Below, piece after piece: positions 18,431 through 26,459 of a stretch of DNA of 64,000 nucleotides. The position numbers and the translations under genes were made by a program. Position 1 is the first letter of the stretch, and every line of letters begins with the position of its first letter. Source of the DNA: Pyrinomonadaceae bacterium (GTDB lineage Bacteria > Acidobacteriota > Blastocatellia > Pyrinomonadales > Pyrinomonadaceae); assembly GCA_035512935.1 (NCBI GenBank), contig DATKDA010000071.1, forward strand, positions 7,042 to 71,041, read 5' to 3'. The notes beneath the pieces were generated by a model. The model ran no database searches, was not told the origin of the DNA, and saw only the letters and a program-made list of their open reading frames with translations.

Positions 18431-18992
18431 AACGGGCCTGCCAGACGCTGTCGTCGTCGTAAAGGATGCGAACCACGATAACTTGCTCCGTGAGTCCATC
18501 GCGCTCCCGTTTGCCAAGATTGTAGACGCTGATTCTCCGGCTTGGCGGTGCGGAGACTAGGATTGAAAGTTCTTTGCGTTTGCCTGGTTCAATCTCTTCG
18601 ACGCTGGTAAATTCGCGCCGGCCCAGTTCCTCTCCCGTCACCGCGTCCGTGAAAACGTAATCCCAGTCTATCTCCGTAATGGCCTTCTGCCCGGTGTTAT
18701 GGACTAAGAGTTTATAGTTGAAGGCGTAACGGGCTGGGGCGGGCTGGCGCTGCTTGGACACCTGCTTCGCTCGTTCAGACCGCTGCTGGAGCACAGACCC
18801 GACGTTCCGCTCTCTGCGAAGGCGATGACGTGTCTCATGGAAGTCCTCGATCGTACCGTGAAAGGGATCTTTCTCCCAGTCGATTCGCTCCTTGGACCAG
18901 TTGTACTTGAGAATCTGAAGGGGCGCGGTCGATGTTTGGGCCTGTACGCCAATTACGAAGAGCAGCGAAATCACGATTACAACGGCATTCAT
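18429..18992 (-). CDS. secreted hypothetical protein
   Basis: Start chosen at MNAVVIVISLLFVIGVQAQ (signal peptide). I recognise no family. Confidence 0.6.
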   Translation of the reverse strand: MNAVVIVISLLFVIGVQAQTSTAPLQILKYNWSKERIDWEKDPFHGTIEDFHETRHRLRRERNVGSVLQQRSERAKQVSKQRQPAPARYAFNYKLLVHNTGQKAITEIDWDYVFTDAVTGEELGRREFTSVEEIEPGKRKELSILVSAPPSRRISVYNLGKRERDGLTEQVIVVRILYDDDSVWQAR

Positions 18993-19095
18993 GTCACTTA
19001 ACTTTCGCCCGCTAACAAATAGAGAGAAACAGACGCACATTTTTAATCGCAGTTTGGAACACCGCTCCAGCACGGGTATTGATCCACGCTATCAT

Positions 19096-19535
19096 TCAGT
19101 TCTCTACATATCCCTCGTCCCAACTGTAACGCGGGTGATGGTTCCGTAAATCTATACCGTGGTCAACAGCCGCCTTCAACGCCATCAATACGCTCACCCA
19201 ACCGGCATTGACTTCGACCCATTCTGCTGGTTTGACGTCTAGATCCTTCAGGATTAACAGTGTACCACCCTTGTCATCGCTCTCCAGATCAAAGCTTGTG
19301 ATGCTTCCATCGATGTACTCAACTACGTACCTTTTGTCAGGAACCTGTTCAATGATTCTTCCCCGCCATTCCTGACCATTTGGAAAGACGAAATGTATAG
19401 CTTGATCCTGCTCAATAGCAGATTCGGCCCAGAAGCGAGCGCTCCTTCGTCTGTGGAAAGCATGCGATAAACGTCATTCGGCGGCGATGCGAGATGAAGG
19501 CGCCAGGTTATGTTTGTGTTACTCGAGTTTATCAT
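19096..19535 (-). pseudogene. SRPBCC / Aha1-like (activator of Hsp90 ATPase homolog 1-like) gene interrupted by a frameshift
   Basis: Frame 1 reads MINSSNTNITWRLHLASPPNDVYRMLSTDEG. The homology then continues in the -1 frame as SARFWAESAIEQDQAIHFVFPNGQEWRGRIIEQVPDKRYVVEY...AVDHGIDLRNHHPRYSWDEGYVEN, ending at stop 19096-19098. The junction is near 19441-19447. Confidence 0.6.
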
Positions 19536-19538
19536 TAG

Positions 19539-20018
19539 CTACCGAACGCCCCATTCCCAGATCGCGTACAAGTCCTTCTTGCTTAAAGGGTGGTTCGATT
19601 GTTTGAGCGATAAGATAATCTGACCCCTGTGATGTGATTCATGGGAAACAAGATAGCCAAGAAAAGCCGTGACGTGCGGCTTGAAACCTTTGATTTTGCC
19701 GCCGGACTCAAGACTTGCTGCGAGGAGCTTGCCTACGGCCACACCGGAGTCTGTAAGTGACCGGTTGAGCAAGCGCTTGTCTGTAGCGACATCTTTCTCG
19801 ACCTTTTGCAGCTTGCTTAACAGTTCGGGCGCCGCTTGCTTCAACCACATCAATCGGACGTTATGGATATGGGCAAACTGCTCACCGACATTGCGCCCCT
19901 TCGAAGCGGAAACATCTTTTAAGTGCTCTGGCTCAACCGCATCGAGGAGATACAGATTGATGCGGTTATGGATCTCCCAGGTTTCTAAGAGTTGCTTTGC
20001 TTCCATCATCGCACTCAC
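19539..20018 (-). CDS. DinB-family (DinB_2) metal-dependent four-helix-bundle protein
   Basis: Spaced His motifs FAHIHNVRLMWL and SHESHHRGQI. Confidence 0.85.
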   Translation of the reverse strand: MSAMMEAKQLLETWEIHNRINLYLLDAVEPEHLKDVSASKGRNVGEQFAHIHNVRLMWLKQAAPELLSKLQKVEKDVATDKRLLNRSLTDSGVAVGKLLAASLESGGKIKGFKPHVTAFLGYLVSHESHHRGQIILSLKQSNHPLSKKDLYAIWEWGVR

Positions 20019-20180
20019 AGTATCTTCGGAATTGCCAACTGGCCACTGCCGGGCCGAACTGAAAGTGCCCGTGACGGTGTCACTCCGTAGGACTCGGTCG
20101 CACGAAGCTTTGAAAAGGGCGACACGCGAGCCCGCTGAGTGTTAGTTAAGCGACAAAAGCACTATTCTTCCTTCGCTTCT

Positions 20181-20447
20181 TCACTTTGCGCTATATGGTA
20201 ATCCCCGCTCGAACTTCAGCAACTCATTCTCTAAACGCAATGCCAACTTCTCTCTTTCGTGGGCCTCGCTTTCGCAGGCACGATCTACATTCTCACCAAC
20301 CTTATGTACCTCATAAGCCAGCCTCTCCAACGCGGAGGCAAACTCCCGCAGCTGTTGGCGCAACTCCTTTATTTCCTCACGATTCTGCTCTGTTTTATGT
20401 GTCAGGAGGAGAATTTGCTTAATGGCTTCATACAATTGTCTCAACAT
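20181..20447 (-). CDS. small charged coiled-coil protein, unknown function
   Basis: 88 aa and heptad-rich (EEIKELRQQLREFASALERLAYEV). Its ATG is 4 nt after the upstream stop. Confidence 0.5.
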   Translation of the reverse strand: MLRQLYEAIKQILLLTHKTEQNREEIKELRQQLREFASALERLAYEVHKVGENVDRACESEAHEREKLALRLENELLKFERGLPYSAK

Positions 20448-20451
20448 AGCT

Positions 20452-20631
20452 TCAGGCAGCTTTCAATCTGGTGAGAATTTCACGCGTTTCTGCCTTCAGC
20501 CTGTCGATTTCTACCTGGTCACGATCCATCTTTTCATTTACCTGCCGCATTTCGGAAAGCATCTGATCGATGGCCTTCTCATAATCATCTGACTCACTAG
20601 CAGTTACGTCTGGAACTATGGTCTTACTCAT
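20452..20631 (-). CDS. small charged coiled-coil protein, unknown function
   Basis: Start chosen at MSKTIVPD because GGAGG lies 8 nt upstream. The longer 83-aa form starting at 20703 is possible. Confidence 0.5.
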   Translation of the reverse strand: MSKTIVPDVTASESDDYEKAIDQMLSEMRQVNEKMDRDQVEIDRLKAETREILTRLKAA

Positions 20632-20777
20632 GTTCTTGCCTCCAATTAATTCTAACATTGTTTTCCAATACGAGTCCTCCGCGTTTGTTAGGTCTTGCTC
20701 CATCTTAAGGCGCTCACCATTAAGGCTGGCTCTTAAAGAACCTAAAGAAAGCAGTCAACGGCGATCCCGCGTACGAC

Positions 20778-21107
20778 TCACACTGCATCGTTCCCGATCA
20801 AATAGAGTATCTTCGCTGAGGCGTAAGGACCAAGAATCAATACACCAATAACGACGGAGCCAAGGGCCGCAATCAAAACCGCTCCAGCCGCAACGTCTTT
20901 TGCCTTCGCCGCCAACAGGTGAAACTCTGGAGAGGCGACGTCCGTCAAGAATTCGAACGCCGTGTTAAGCGCTTCCGCCGTCCAGACAGATATTATTGCC
21001 AGGCCAATCCAACACCATTCCGCTTGAGTGAGGCCGAAAAGAAAACCCAGTACAACCACTAGAGTCGCTGCCGCATGAATCCAGGCGTTGTGCTGCGAAG
21101 TGATCAT
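20778..21107 (-). CDS. dgkA: diacylglycerol kinase (DgkA family); start codon problematic
   Basis: EALNTAFE and AKDVAAGAVLIAAL motifs. Homology to the DgkA N-terminal helix (RLRSVKCALVGIRV) continues upstream of the first ATG with no canonical in-frame start. Confidence 0.8.
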   Translation of the reverse strand: MITSQHNAWIHAAATLVVVLGFLFGLTQAEWCWIGLAIISVWTAEALNTAFEFLTDVASPEFHLLAAKAKDVAAGAVLIAALGSVVIGVLILGPYASAKILYLIGNDAV

Positions 21108-21166
21108 TACTCGAATGCCGACAAGCGCACACTTAACGCTACGCAGTCGGCCCGTAAAAGTTAAGG

Positions 21167-21188
21167 AGGAGTGAGGAGTGAGGAGTGA
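21167..21188. repeat. perfect heptanucleotide tandem repeat (AGGAGTG)x3, which is (TCACTCC)x3 on the dgkA strand
   Basis: Read directly: aggagtg aggagtg aggagtg, with partial units on both sides. Confidence 0.9.
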
Positions 21189-21315
21189 GAGATTCGTGGC
21201 GGGGCAAGCTGCTCATAAACATTTCACTCTTCCGAGGTGGGGCCCTTCTAAAGCTAAAAAGGCTTCAAGGATTTGCGGAGCACAATGGTGTCGAGCGAAT
21301 GGCCCAATAGCTTGT

Positions 21316-22197
21316 TCAGTGCCGGTGATCCAGCAACTTCTGAATCTCACTCACCACCTCTGCCGGCTTCCACTGGTTTCCACGATAAGTCTTATGAACC
21401 TTACCATCTGGTCCAATGATCGCGGTTCTCAGCCCGTGAACGATCTCGCTCTGCTCCGGATAGTAGCGCAGACCAAAAAACTCTGCGATTGCTTTAACCT
21501 GTTCCTCACTTCCTGTCGCGAACTCCCAGTGCTTAAAGCTCTCCTCCGAATATCGGCCGCTATGCGCCGCCCCGTAGCTTCGCAACACAGCGGGCGTGTC
21601 GTATTCAGGATCTACAGTCACGCTCAACAGGTGCGTCTTCTCATAAAGTGCTGGCTGCTTTTCCAGTTCACGGCCGATGGCGGCAAAGTTGTTGCTCATC
21701 AGTGTGCACTGATCCGGCATCGGGCAACGCGTATATATAAACGTCAGTACAAGAGCTTTGCCGCGGTAGCCCTCGATGTGAATCGGCTTGGAATTCTGAT
21801 TGATGAGACTAAAGTTGGGCACTTCACTACCCACTTTTGCTTCAACGACTGTGTTGCTGCTACCTGAAGTTGTGATCTCATCGGTGGTGGCTTTGGTGAT
21901 TACCAGTTCTTCCAGCCAGTACTCTGTTCCCGCGACCACTAGCGCCGCCGCAATTCGATCGCCAGGTCCAAGAATCTTAAGTGCATGTTCGTCGCGCAAA
22001 GTGAAGTCCATGGTCATCGCCGGCATGAAGTCCGGAATTTCTTCATGCGCCACCGTTACCTGTTTCTTAGCCGGCTCAACACTCACCACCGTGCCGGTAA
22101 GCTCGTACCTGTCCCCAACCGGAGTGACGTTCGAACGTTGACAGCTTGCCATTGCAATTAAAAGTACCAGCCAAAGTGCCGATTTCAAATTTATCAT
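21316..22197 (-). CDS. SCO1/SenC-family copper chaperone lipoprotein with an N-terminal Met-rich metal-binding domain
   Basis: Lipobox LIAMASC. A CusF-like segment (IPDFMPAMTMDF) is followed by a thioredoxin-fold region with FIYTRCPMPDQC. Confidence 0.85.
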   Translation of the reverse strand: MINLKSALWLVLLIAMASCQRSNVTPVGDRYELTGTVVSVEPAKKQVTVAHEEIPDFMPAMTMDFTLRDEHALKILGPGDRIAAALVVAGTEYWLEELVITKATTDEITTSGSSNTVVEAKVGSEVPNFSLINQNSKPIHIEGYRGKALVLTFIYTRCPMPDQCTLMSNNFAAIGRELEKQPALYEKTHLLSVTVDPEYDTPAVLRSYGAAHSGRYSEESFKHWEFATGSEEQVKAIAEFFGLRYYPEQSEIVHGLRTAIIGPDGKVHKTYRGNQWKPAEVVSEIQKLLDHRH

Positions 22198-24605
22198 TGT
22201 GTTTGTTTTTGAAGTTGTGCGTCGTAGAGTCTCTGGTAGATCCAGAAATTGGTCATCACCTTGAAGACATAATCTTTGGTCTGCGTAAATCCGATCTCAG
22301 AGACATAGCGGGCTGGATCGTTTGAGCGCGAACGCGCTACCCAGCGTGCCATGTTGTCGGGACCGCCATTGTAAGAGGCAACTACCGCCTCCGGCAGGCC
22401 CGGAAACTCAGCAAACAGATTTGCCAGGTACTGTGAGCCAAACAGAATCGCTGTATCAGGTGCATAAAGATTGTCCTGACGAAAAGGATTCATGCCGAGC
22501 TGGGCCGCCATTTCATCCGCCGTCGACGGGATGAACTGCATTAATCCGCGCGCCGCAGCCACCGACTTGGCGTCCGCTTGAAAACGAGATTCCTGTCGCG
22601 CAATCGAGATCACCAGGCGAGGATCGACGCTTTTCGGCGGCGCGTGTCTCAGAAGCGAGTCCCGATAAGGTAATGGATAAAGGAGATCGAGGAGTTCCTG
22701 GGGCGCGACTTCAACAACATAATCCGCCGGCACATTCCTCCAGACTTGTTCACCGAATCTGACTGTGCGATTCGCGAGACCGCCTCGGAGGAAAAGAATC
22801 GCCAACGTGTAATCGATGTCGGCAGAAGAACCGGCGTGTGCGGCACTCGATCCCGAACCCCGCGCTGCGGCAAACTCAGGAGCGCCTTCATCTGGTAAGC
22901 CGAGAAAAAGCAGTTCGTCGGCGAGTGACTGAATAGCCTGCTTCTCGACAATCATTTGCCGGCCTAACGGAACGATCTTAAAAGAAGGAAGCTTGTACGC
23001 AGGCAGAGCGCCATAGGCCTGTCTTAGAATACCCGAGAGCGCTTTTCTTTCGCTCGGTTCTACAGTTAGGCGCAAAGCATCCTGTGCCAGAACGCGTGCC
23101 TGCTCTTGCTGTCCGGCTGCGAGCGCCTTTTGGGATTGTGAGCGAAGAGAACCGGCACGTGCCTGAATTGCTCCACGAAACCTGGCCTCTGTAGCCATCG
23201 CTTGCAGCCGCCGGGTAGCCAGACCGCCATAGTACTCGTTTCGGCCATCAGGAACTGCCAAGTAACCAGTTATCGCCACGTCGGTTCGTCCCAATTGATC
23301 GAGTGCGTAGGCGCGGAGAAAAGTTACTTCACTACTCGTCGCTCCTCCCGGTACTCGTGTTCCTCCAATATCCTTTAGCTTGAGTAACTCGTCTGTATCT
23401 GCAACCACCGCGGTCCATTCACCCTGAGCAAGATGAATTCTCGTCTGCGCAAAGAGAGCGACTGCGGCGCCAAGTTGTCCTTTAAATCGTTCTCGTGTCT
23501 GTCTTACCCAGTCGAGCGCCTCTTTGTGGCGAGCAGCTTCATGAAGTGCGTCGATGATATTCAGGTAAGGTCGTTCGGGATTGGGTGCATCAGGGAACTG
23601 TTCAATTAGACGGCGGTAGGCGGCGATGGCGTCGTCTGTTCGCTTGAGCCGATTATATGAACCTGCTGAGAACGTAAGCGCGTCGCGAGCACTCATGCTG
23701 TCAGGGAACCGGTTCAGCACTCGCTGAAAATAGTCGAGCGCCTCGTCGTACTGTCTCTGGAGGTAGAAGCCGCGACCAATTTGGTAAAGGGCGTTCGCCA
23801 CTGAACCACTTTGCGGATAACTTTCAGCTACCGCCGCATAATGCCTCCGGGCCGCTTCAAAATCGCGATTGAACTGATACACAGAAGCCCGGAGGAGGTG
23901 TTCGGCTTCAGCAAGCGTCACAGATGCTTCGGTGGTGTCGAGTCGATCGAGATTCCGAACAGCCGCGAGCGCATAATCATCCGGGCGAGAGGCGTCCGGC
24001 ATTTGCATGACGAGCTTTGTGAATAACGGGCGGGCCTCCTGTCTCTGATTGGCTTTTAGAAAAGCGTCCCCAGTAAGCGCCTGCGCCGCACGCGCAGTAG
24101 TCCTGTTGCTGGAGTTCGTAAGTGGCGCAAGCACGGAGACGGCGTTGGGATAGTCACCGCTTTCGAAAAGGCTCTCTGCTAACCTCATCGTCGCCGCATC
24201 CCGTATGAGGAGTGCGGTCGTTGTGGCAATCAGTTGACGGAGGTACTCGCGTTCATGAACAAGGTCGCCCGCGGAGCGGGCTATTTGTGCCAGGCGCCAC
24301 AATGCATATCCTGCAAGCAGCGAATTGCGGTCAACAACCTGCTGATAGCTTGCTGTTGAGCCACCCATGTTTCCGTTCTTTTCGTGCAGCCTTGCCAGCA
24401 AATAGTCATAGTTATTGGCGGCAAAAAGCGCAGGGGAGGTTTGCCGCAACGACTCGAGTTCCGCGATTGCTTCCGGCAGATTGCCTGCCTGCACTGCGGT
24501 CTGTATCTGTTGATGTCGCTCCTGAGCCGTCTGAGCAATGATGCCTGTGGCAGATACTAGGAGCAGGAAACCGGGGATGAGCTTGCTTAAACGAGATGAT
24601 TTCAC
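22194..24605 (-). CDS. soluble lytic murein transglycosylase (Slt-like) with a long TPR/superhelical N-terminal region
   Basis: C-terminal SLT domain motif ARQESRFQADAKSVAAARGLMQFIPSTA ... YNGG. Has a signal peptide and a GTG start. The stop overlaps the next ATG (ATGA). Confidence 0.85.
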   Translation of the reverse strand: MKSSRLSKLIPGFLLLVSATGIIAQTAQERHQQIQTAVQAGNLPEAIAELESLRQTSPALFAANNYDYLLARLHEKNGNMGGSTASYQQVVDRNSLLAGYALWRLAQIARSAGDLVHEREYLRQLIATTTALLIRDAATMRLAESLFESGDYPNAVSVLAPLTNSSNRTTARAAQALTGDAFLKANQRQEARPLFTKLVMQMPDASRPDDYALAAVRNLDRLDTTEASVTLAEAEHLLRASVYQFNRDFEAARRHYAAVAESYPQSGSVANALYQIGRGFYLQRQYDEALDYFQRVLNRFPDSMSARDALTFSAGSYNRLKRTDDAIAAYRRLIEQFPDAPNPERPYLNIIDALHEAARHKEALDWVRQTRERFKGQLGAAVALFAQTRIHLAQGEWTAVVADTDELLKLKDIGGTRVPGGATSSEVTFLRAYALDQLGRTDVAITGYLAVPDGRNEYYGGLATRRLQAMATEARFRGAIQARAGSLRSQSQKALAAGQQEQARVLAQDALRLTVEPSERKALSGILRQAYGALPAYKLPSFKIVPLGRQMIVEKQAIQSLADELLFLGLPDEGAPEFAAARGSGSSAAHAGSSADIDYTLAILFLRGGLANRTVRFGEQVWRNVPADYVVEVAPQELLDLLYPLPYRDSLLRHAPPKSVDPRLVISIARQESRFQADAKSVAAARGLMQFIPSTADEMAAQLGMNPFRQDNLYAPDTAILFGSQYLANLFAEFPGLPEAVVASYNGGPDNMARWVARSRSNDPARYVSEIGFTQTKDYVFKVMTNFWIYQRLYDAQLQKQTQ

Positions 24606-24820
24606 GTCACAGATTATGAGCTACTGCATCGCGATTCCCAAAACCGCCTCAGAGTGATCCACGAACACACACGAAAATTGCCAAAATCTAAGTCGCGCAT
24701 TTCCTCTTACTGCTGCTTTTCAGAAATAAGGTTCGAACTTCGCAGGCGCTCGATCTACGAACGGAAGTGATATAAAGTCAATAAATCAGTTTTCAACTTT
24801 TTCCAAAAGGTACTTTTCGA

Positions 24821-25798
24821 ATGTCTACGCTCGAACAACAAACCGGCAATAAGGCAGTCCTCCTCGATGGAGGCAGGCTTGCTGAAGAGATCAAGCGCGA
24901 AGTAGCGGAGGGTGTGCGACGCCTCGAGCGGGACTTTGGCGCAAAGCCGTCGCTCGCTGCTGTCCGAGTCGGCGAGGACCCTGCATCAGCGGTTTATGTC
25001 AGAAATAAAATTCGTGCATGTGAAGAGGTCGGCATCCGGTCAGAACATCTTGCTCTACCGGCAACGACTACTTCAACGGAACTGCTCAGTTTGGTTGCTT
25101 CTCTAAATGCAAGAGAGGATATTGACGGTATTCTGGTGCAACTACCGTTGCCCTCCCAGATCGAAGAAGCTGCAATCATCGAAGCGGTTAACCCCAGCAA
25201 AGACGTGGACGGTTTTCATCCCATAAGTGTTGGTAAACTCAGCATGGGACGACCGACATTCGTTCCGTGCACGCCTGCGGGAGTGATTGAACTACTTGAA
25301 CGAAATAAGATTGCAATAAGTGGAAAGCGCGCGTGCGTGGTTGGGCGCAGTCAGATAGTTGGCCGTCCCATGGCGCAGCTCCTATTGCAGAAGGACGCGA
25401 CGGTGACCATCTGTCATTCGCGGACACCTGATCTCCCATCCGTTACTCGCCAGGCAGACATATTGATCGTTGCGATTGGCCGTCCCGCTTTCGTAAAAGG
25501 GGAGCACATCGGACCCGGCGCTACGGTCATCGACGTCGGCATGAATAAGATCACAGACGAAGAGACGGCGCGATCGTTGTTTGGAGAGGATCTCGAACGC
25601 CGGCTCGAGGCCATTAGAAAGAGGGGTTATACACTTATTGGCGATGTCAACCCCGTCGAAGCCGACCGGGTCGCAGGCCGGCGGACCCCTGTGCCGGGCG
25701 GTGTGGGTCTGTTGACGGTGGCGATGCTAATGACTAACACCTTGAAGGCTGCGAGACTGCGGAGGGCAGATTCCCGATCAATTCCGAAGGCCGATTGA
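24821..25798 (+). CDS. folD: bifunctional methylenetetrahydrofolate dehydrogenase/cyclohydrolase
   Basis: Motifs VQLPLPSQI, VVGRSQIVGRPMAQLL and TPVPGGVGLLTVAML. Confidence 0.93.
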   Translation: MSTLEQQTGNKAVLLDGGRLAEEIKREVAEGVRRLERDFGAKPSLAAVRVGEDPASAVYVRNKIRACEEVGIRSEHLALPATTTSTELLSLVASLNAREDIDGILVQLPLPSQIEEAAIIEAVNPSKDVDGFHPISVGKLSMGRPTFVPCTPAGVIELLERNKIAISGKRACVVGRSQIVGRPMAQLLLQKDATVTICHSRTPDLPSVTRQADILIVAIGRPAFVKGEHIGPGATVIDVGMNKITDEETARSLFGEDLERRLEAIRKRGYTLIGDVNPVEADRVAGRRTPVPGGVGLLTVAMLMTNTLKAARLRRADSRSIPKAD

Positions 25799-25799
25799 G

Positions 25800-26459
25800 A
25801 TGCTTCGTGTGGGTTTAACCGGTTCGATTGCGGTCGGCAAGTCCTTTGTAGCCGGGGTTCTCGGGCAGCTTGGTTGCAACATTATCGATGCGGATGAAAC
25901 AGCCCGCGCAGTGGTCCAACCGGGAACGCCGGGTTTGAGGGCCCTCGTGGAGGCCTTCGGCGACGATATCCTTCAGCAGGACGGCACTCTGGATCGAAAG
26001 CGACTAGGGTCACTCATTTTTGCGGATGAAGAAATGCGTAAACTTTTGAACGCTATTCTGCATCCTTACATCATCGCCCGGCAGGACGAACAGTTGCGGG
26101 CCTGGGAAACTCAAGATCCTGACAGCATTGCCGTAGTTGACGCAGCTCTGATGATCGAGTCCGGCGGCTACAAACGCTTCGACACGCTAATAGTTGTTCA
26201 TTGCCTGCCGGAAATTCAACTGGAACGCATCATGACGCGGAACAATCTCTCTCGTGCTGAGGCCGAGAAGAGAATAGAGGCCCAGATGTCTCAGGAGGAG
26301 AAGCAGAAATTTGCTGACTATCTCATCGACACCTCGGCAGGATTTGAAACGACTCGTAAGCGCACCGAGGAAGTGTACCGAGAGTTACTGAGGCTTACGG
26401 GCAAACCCGACGTAGAACCCGATGAGTCACTTCAGCTTAAATTGGACACTCAGACTTAA
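25800..26459 (+). CDS. coaE: dephospho-CoA kinase
   Basis: P-loop GLTGSIAVGKS at the N-terminus. The length is typical, plus a short tail. Confidence 0.9.
   Translation: MLRVGLTGSIAVGKSFVAGVLGQLGCNIIDADETARAVVQPGTPGLRALVEAFGDDILQQDGTLDRKRLGSLIFADEEMRKLLNAILHPYIIARQDEQLRAWETQDPDSIAVVDAALMIESGGYKRFDTLIVVHCLPEIQLERIMTRNNLSRAEAEKRIEAQMSQEEKQKFADYLIDTSAGFETTRKRTEEVYRELLRLTGKPDVEPDESLQLKLDTQT

Noticed and set aside
21178-21867. 229-aa ORF on the plus strand
   Set aside because: It is antisense to the SCO1-family gene and starts inside the heptamer repeat. It has no family resemblance. It is a shadow ORF.
24606-24820. Possible ZTP or THF riboswitch in the 215-nt leader of folD
   Set aside because: I could not find the conserved pfl/ZTP cores (a GGGTCGTGAC-like 5' module with a CCGCCTGGGC 3' module in order) or THF motifs. 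Only an isolated CCGCCTC lies at the far 5' end. It is more likely a plain divergent promoter region.
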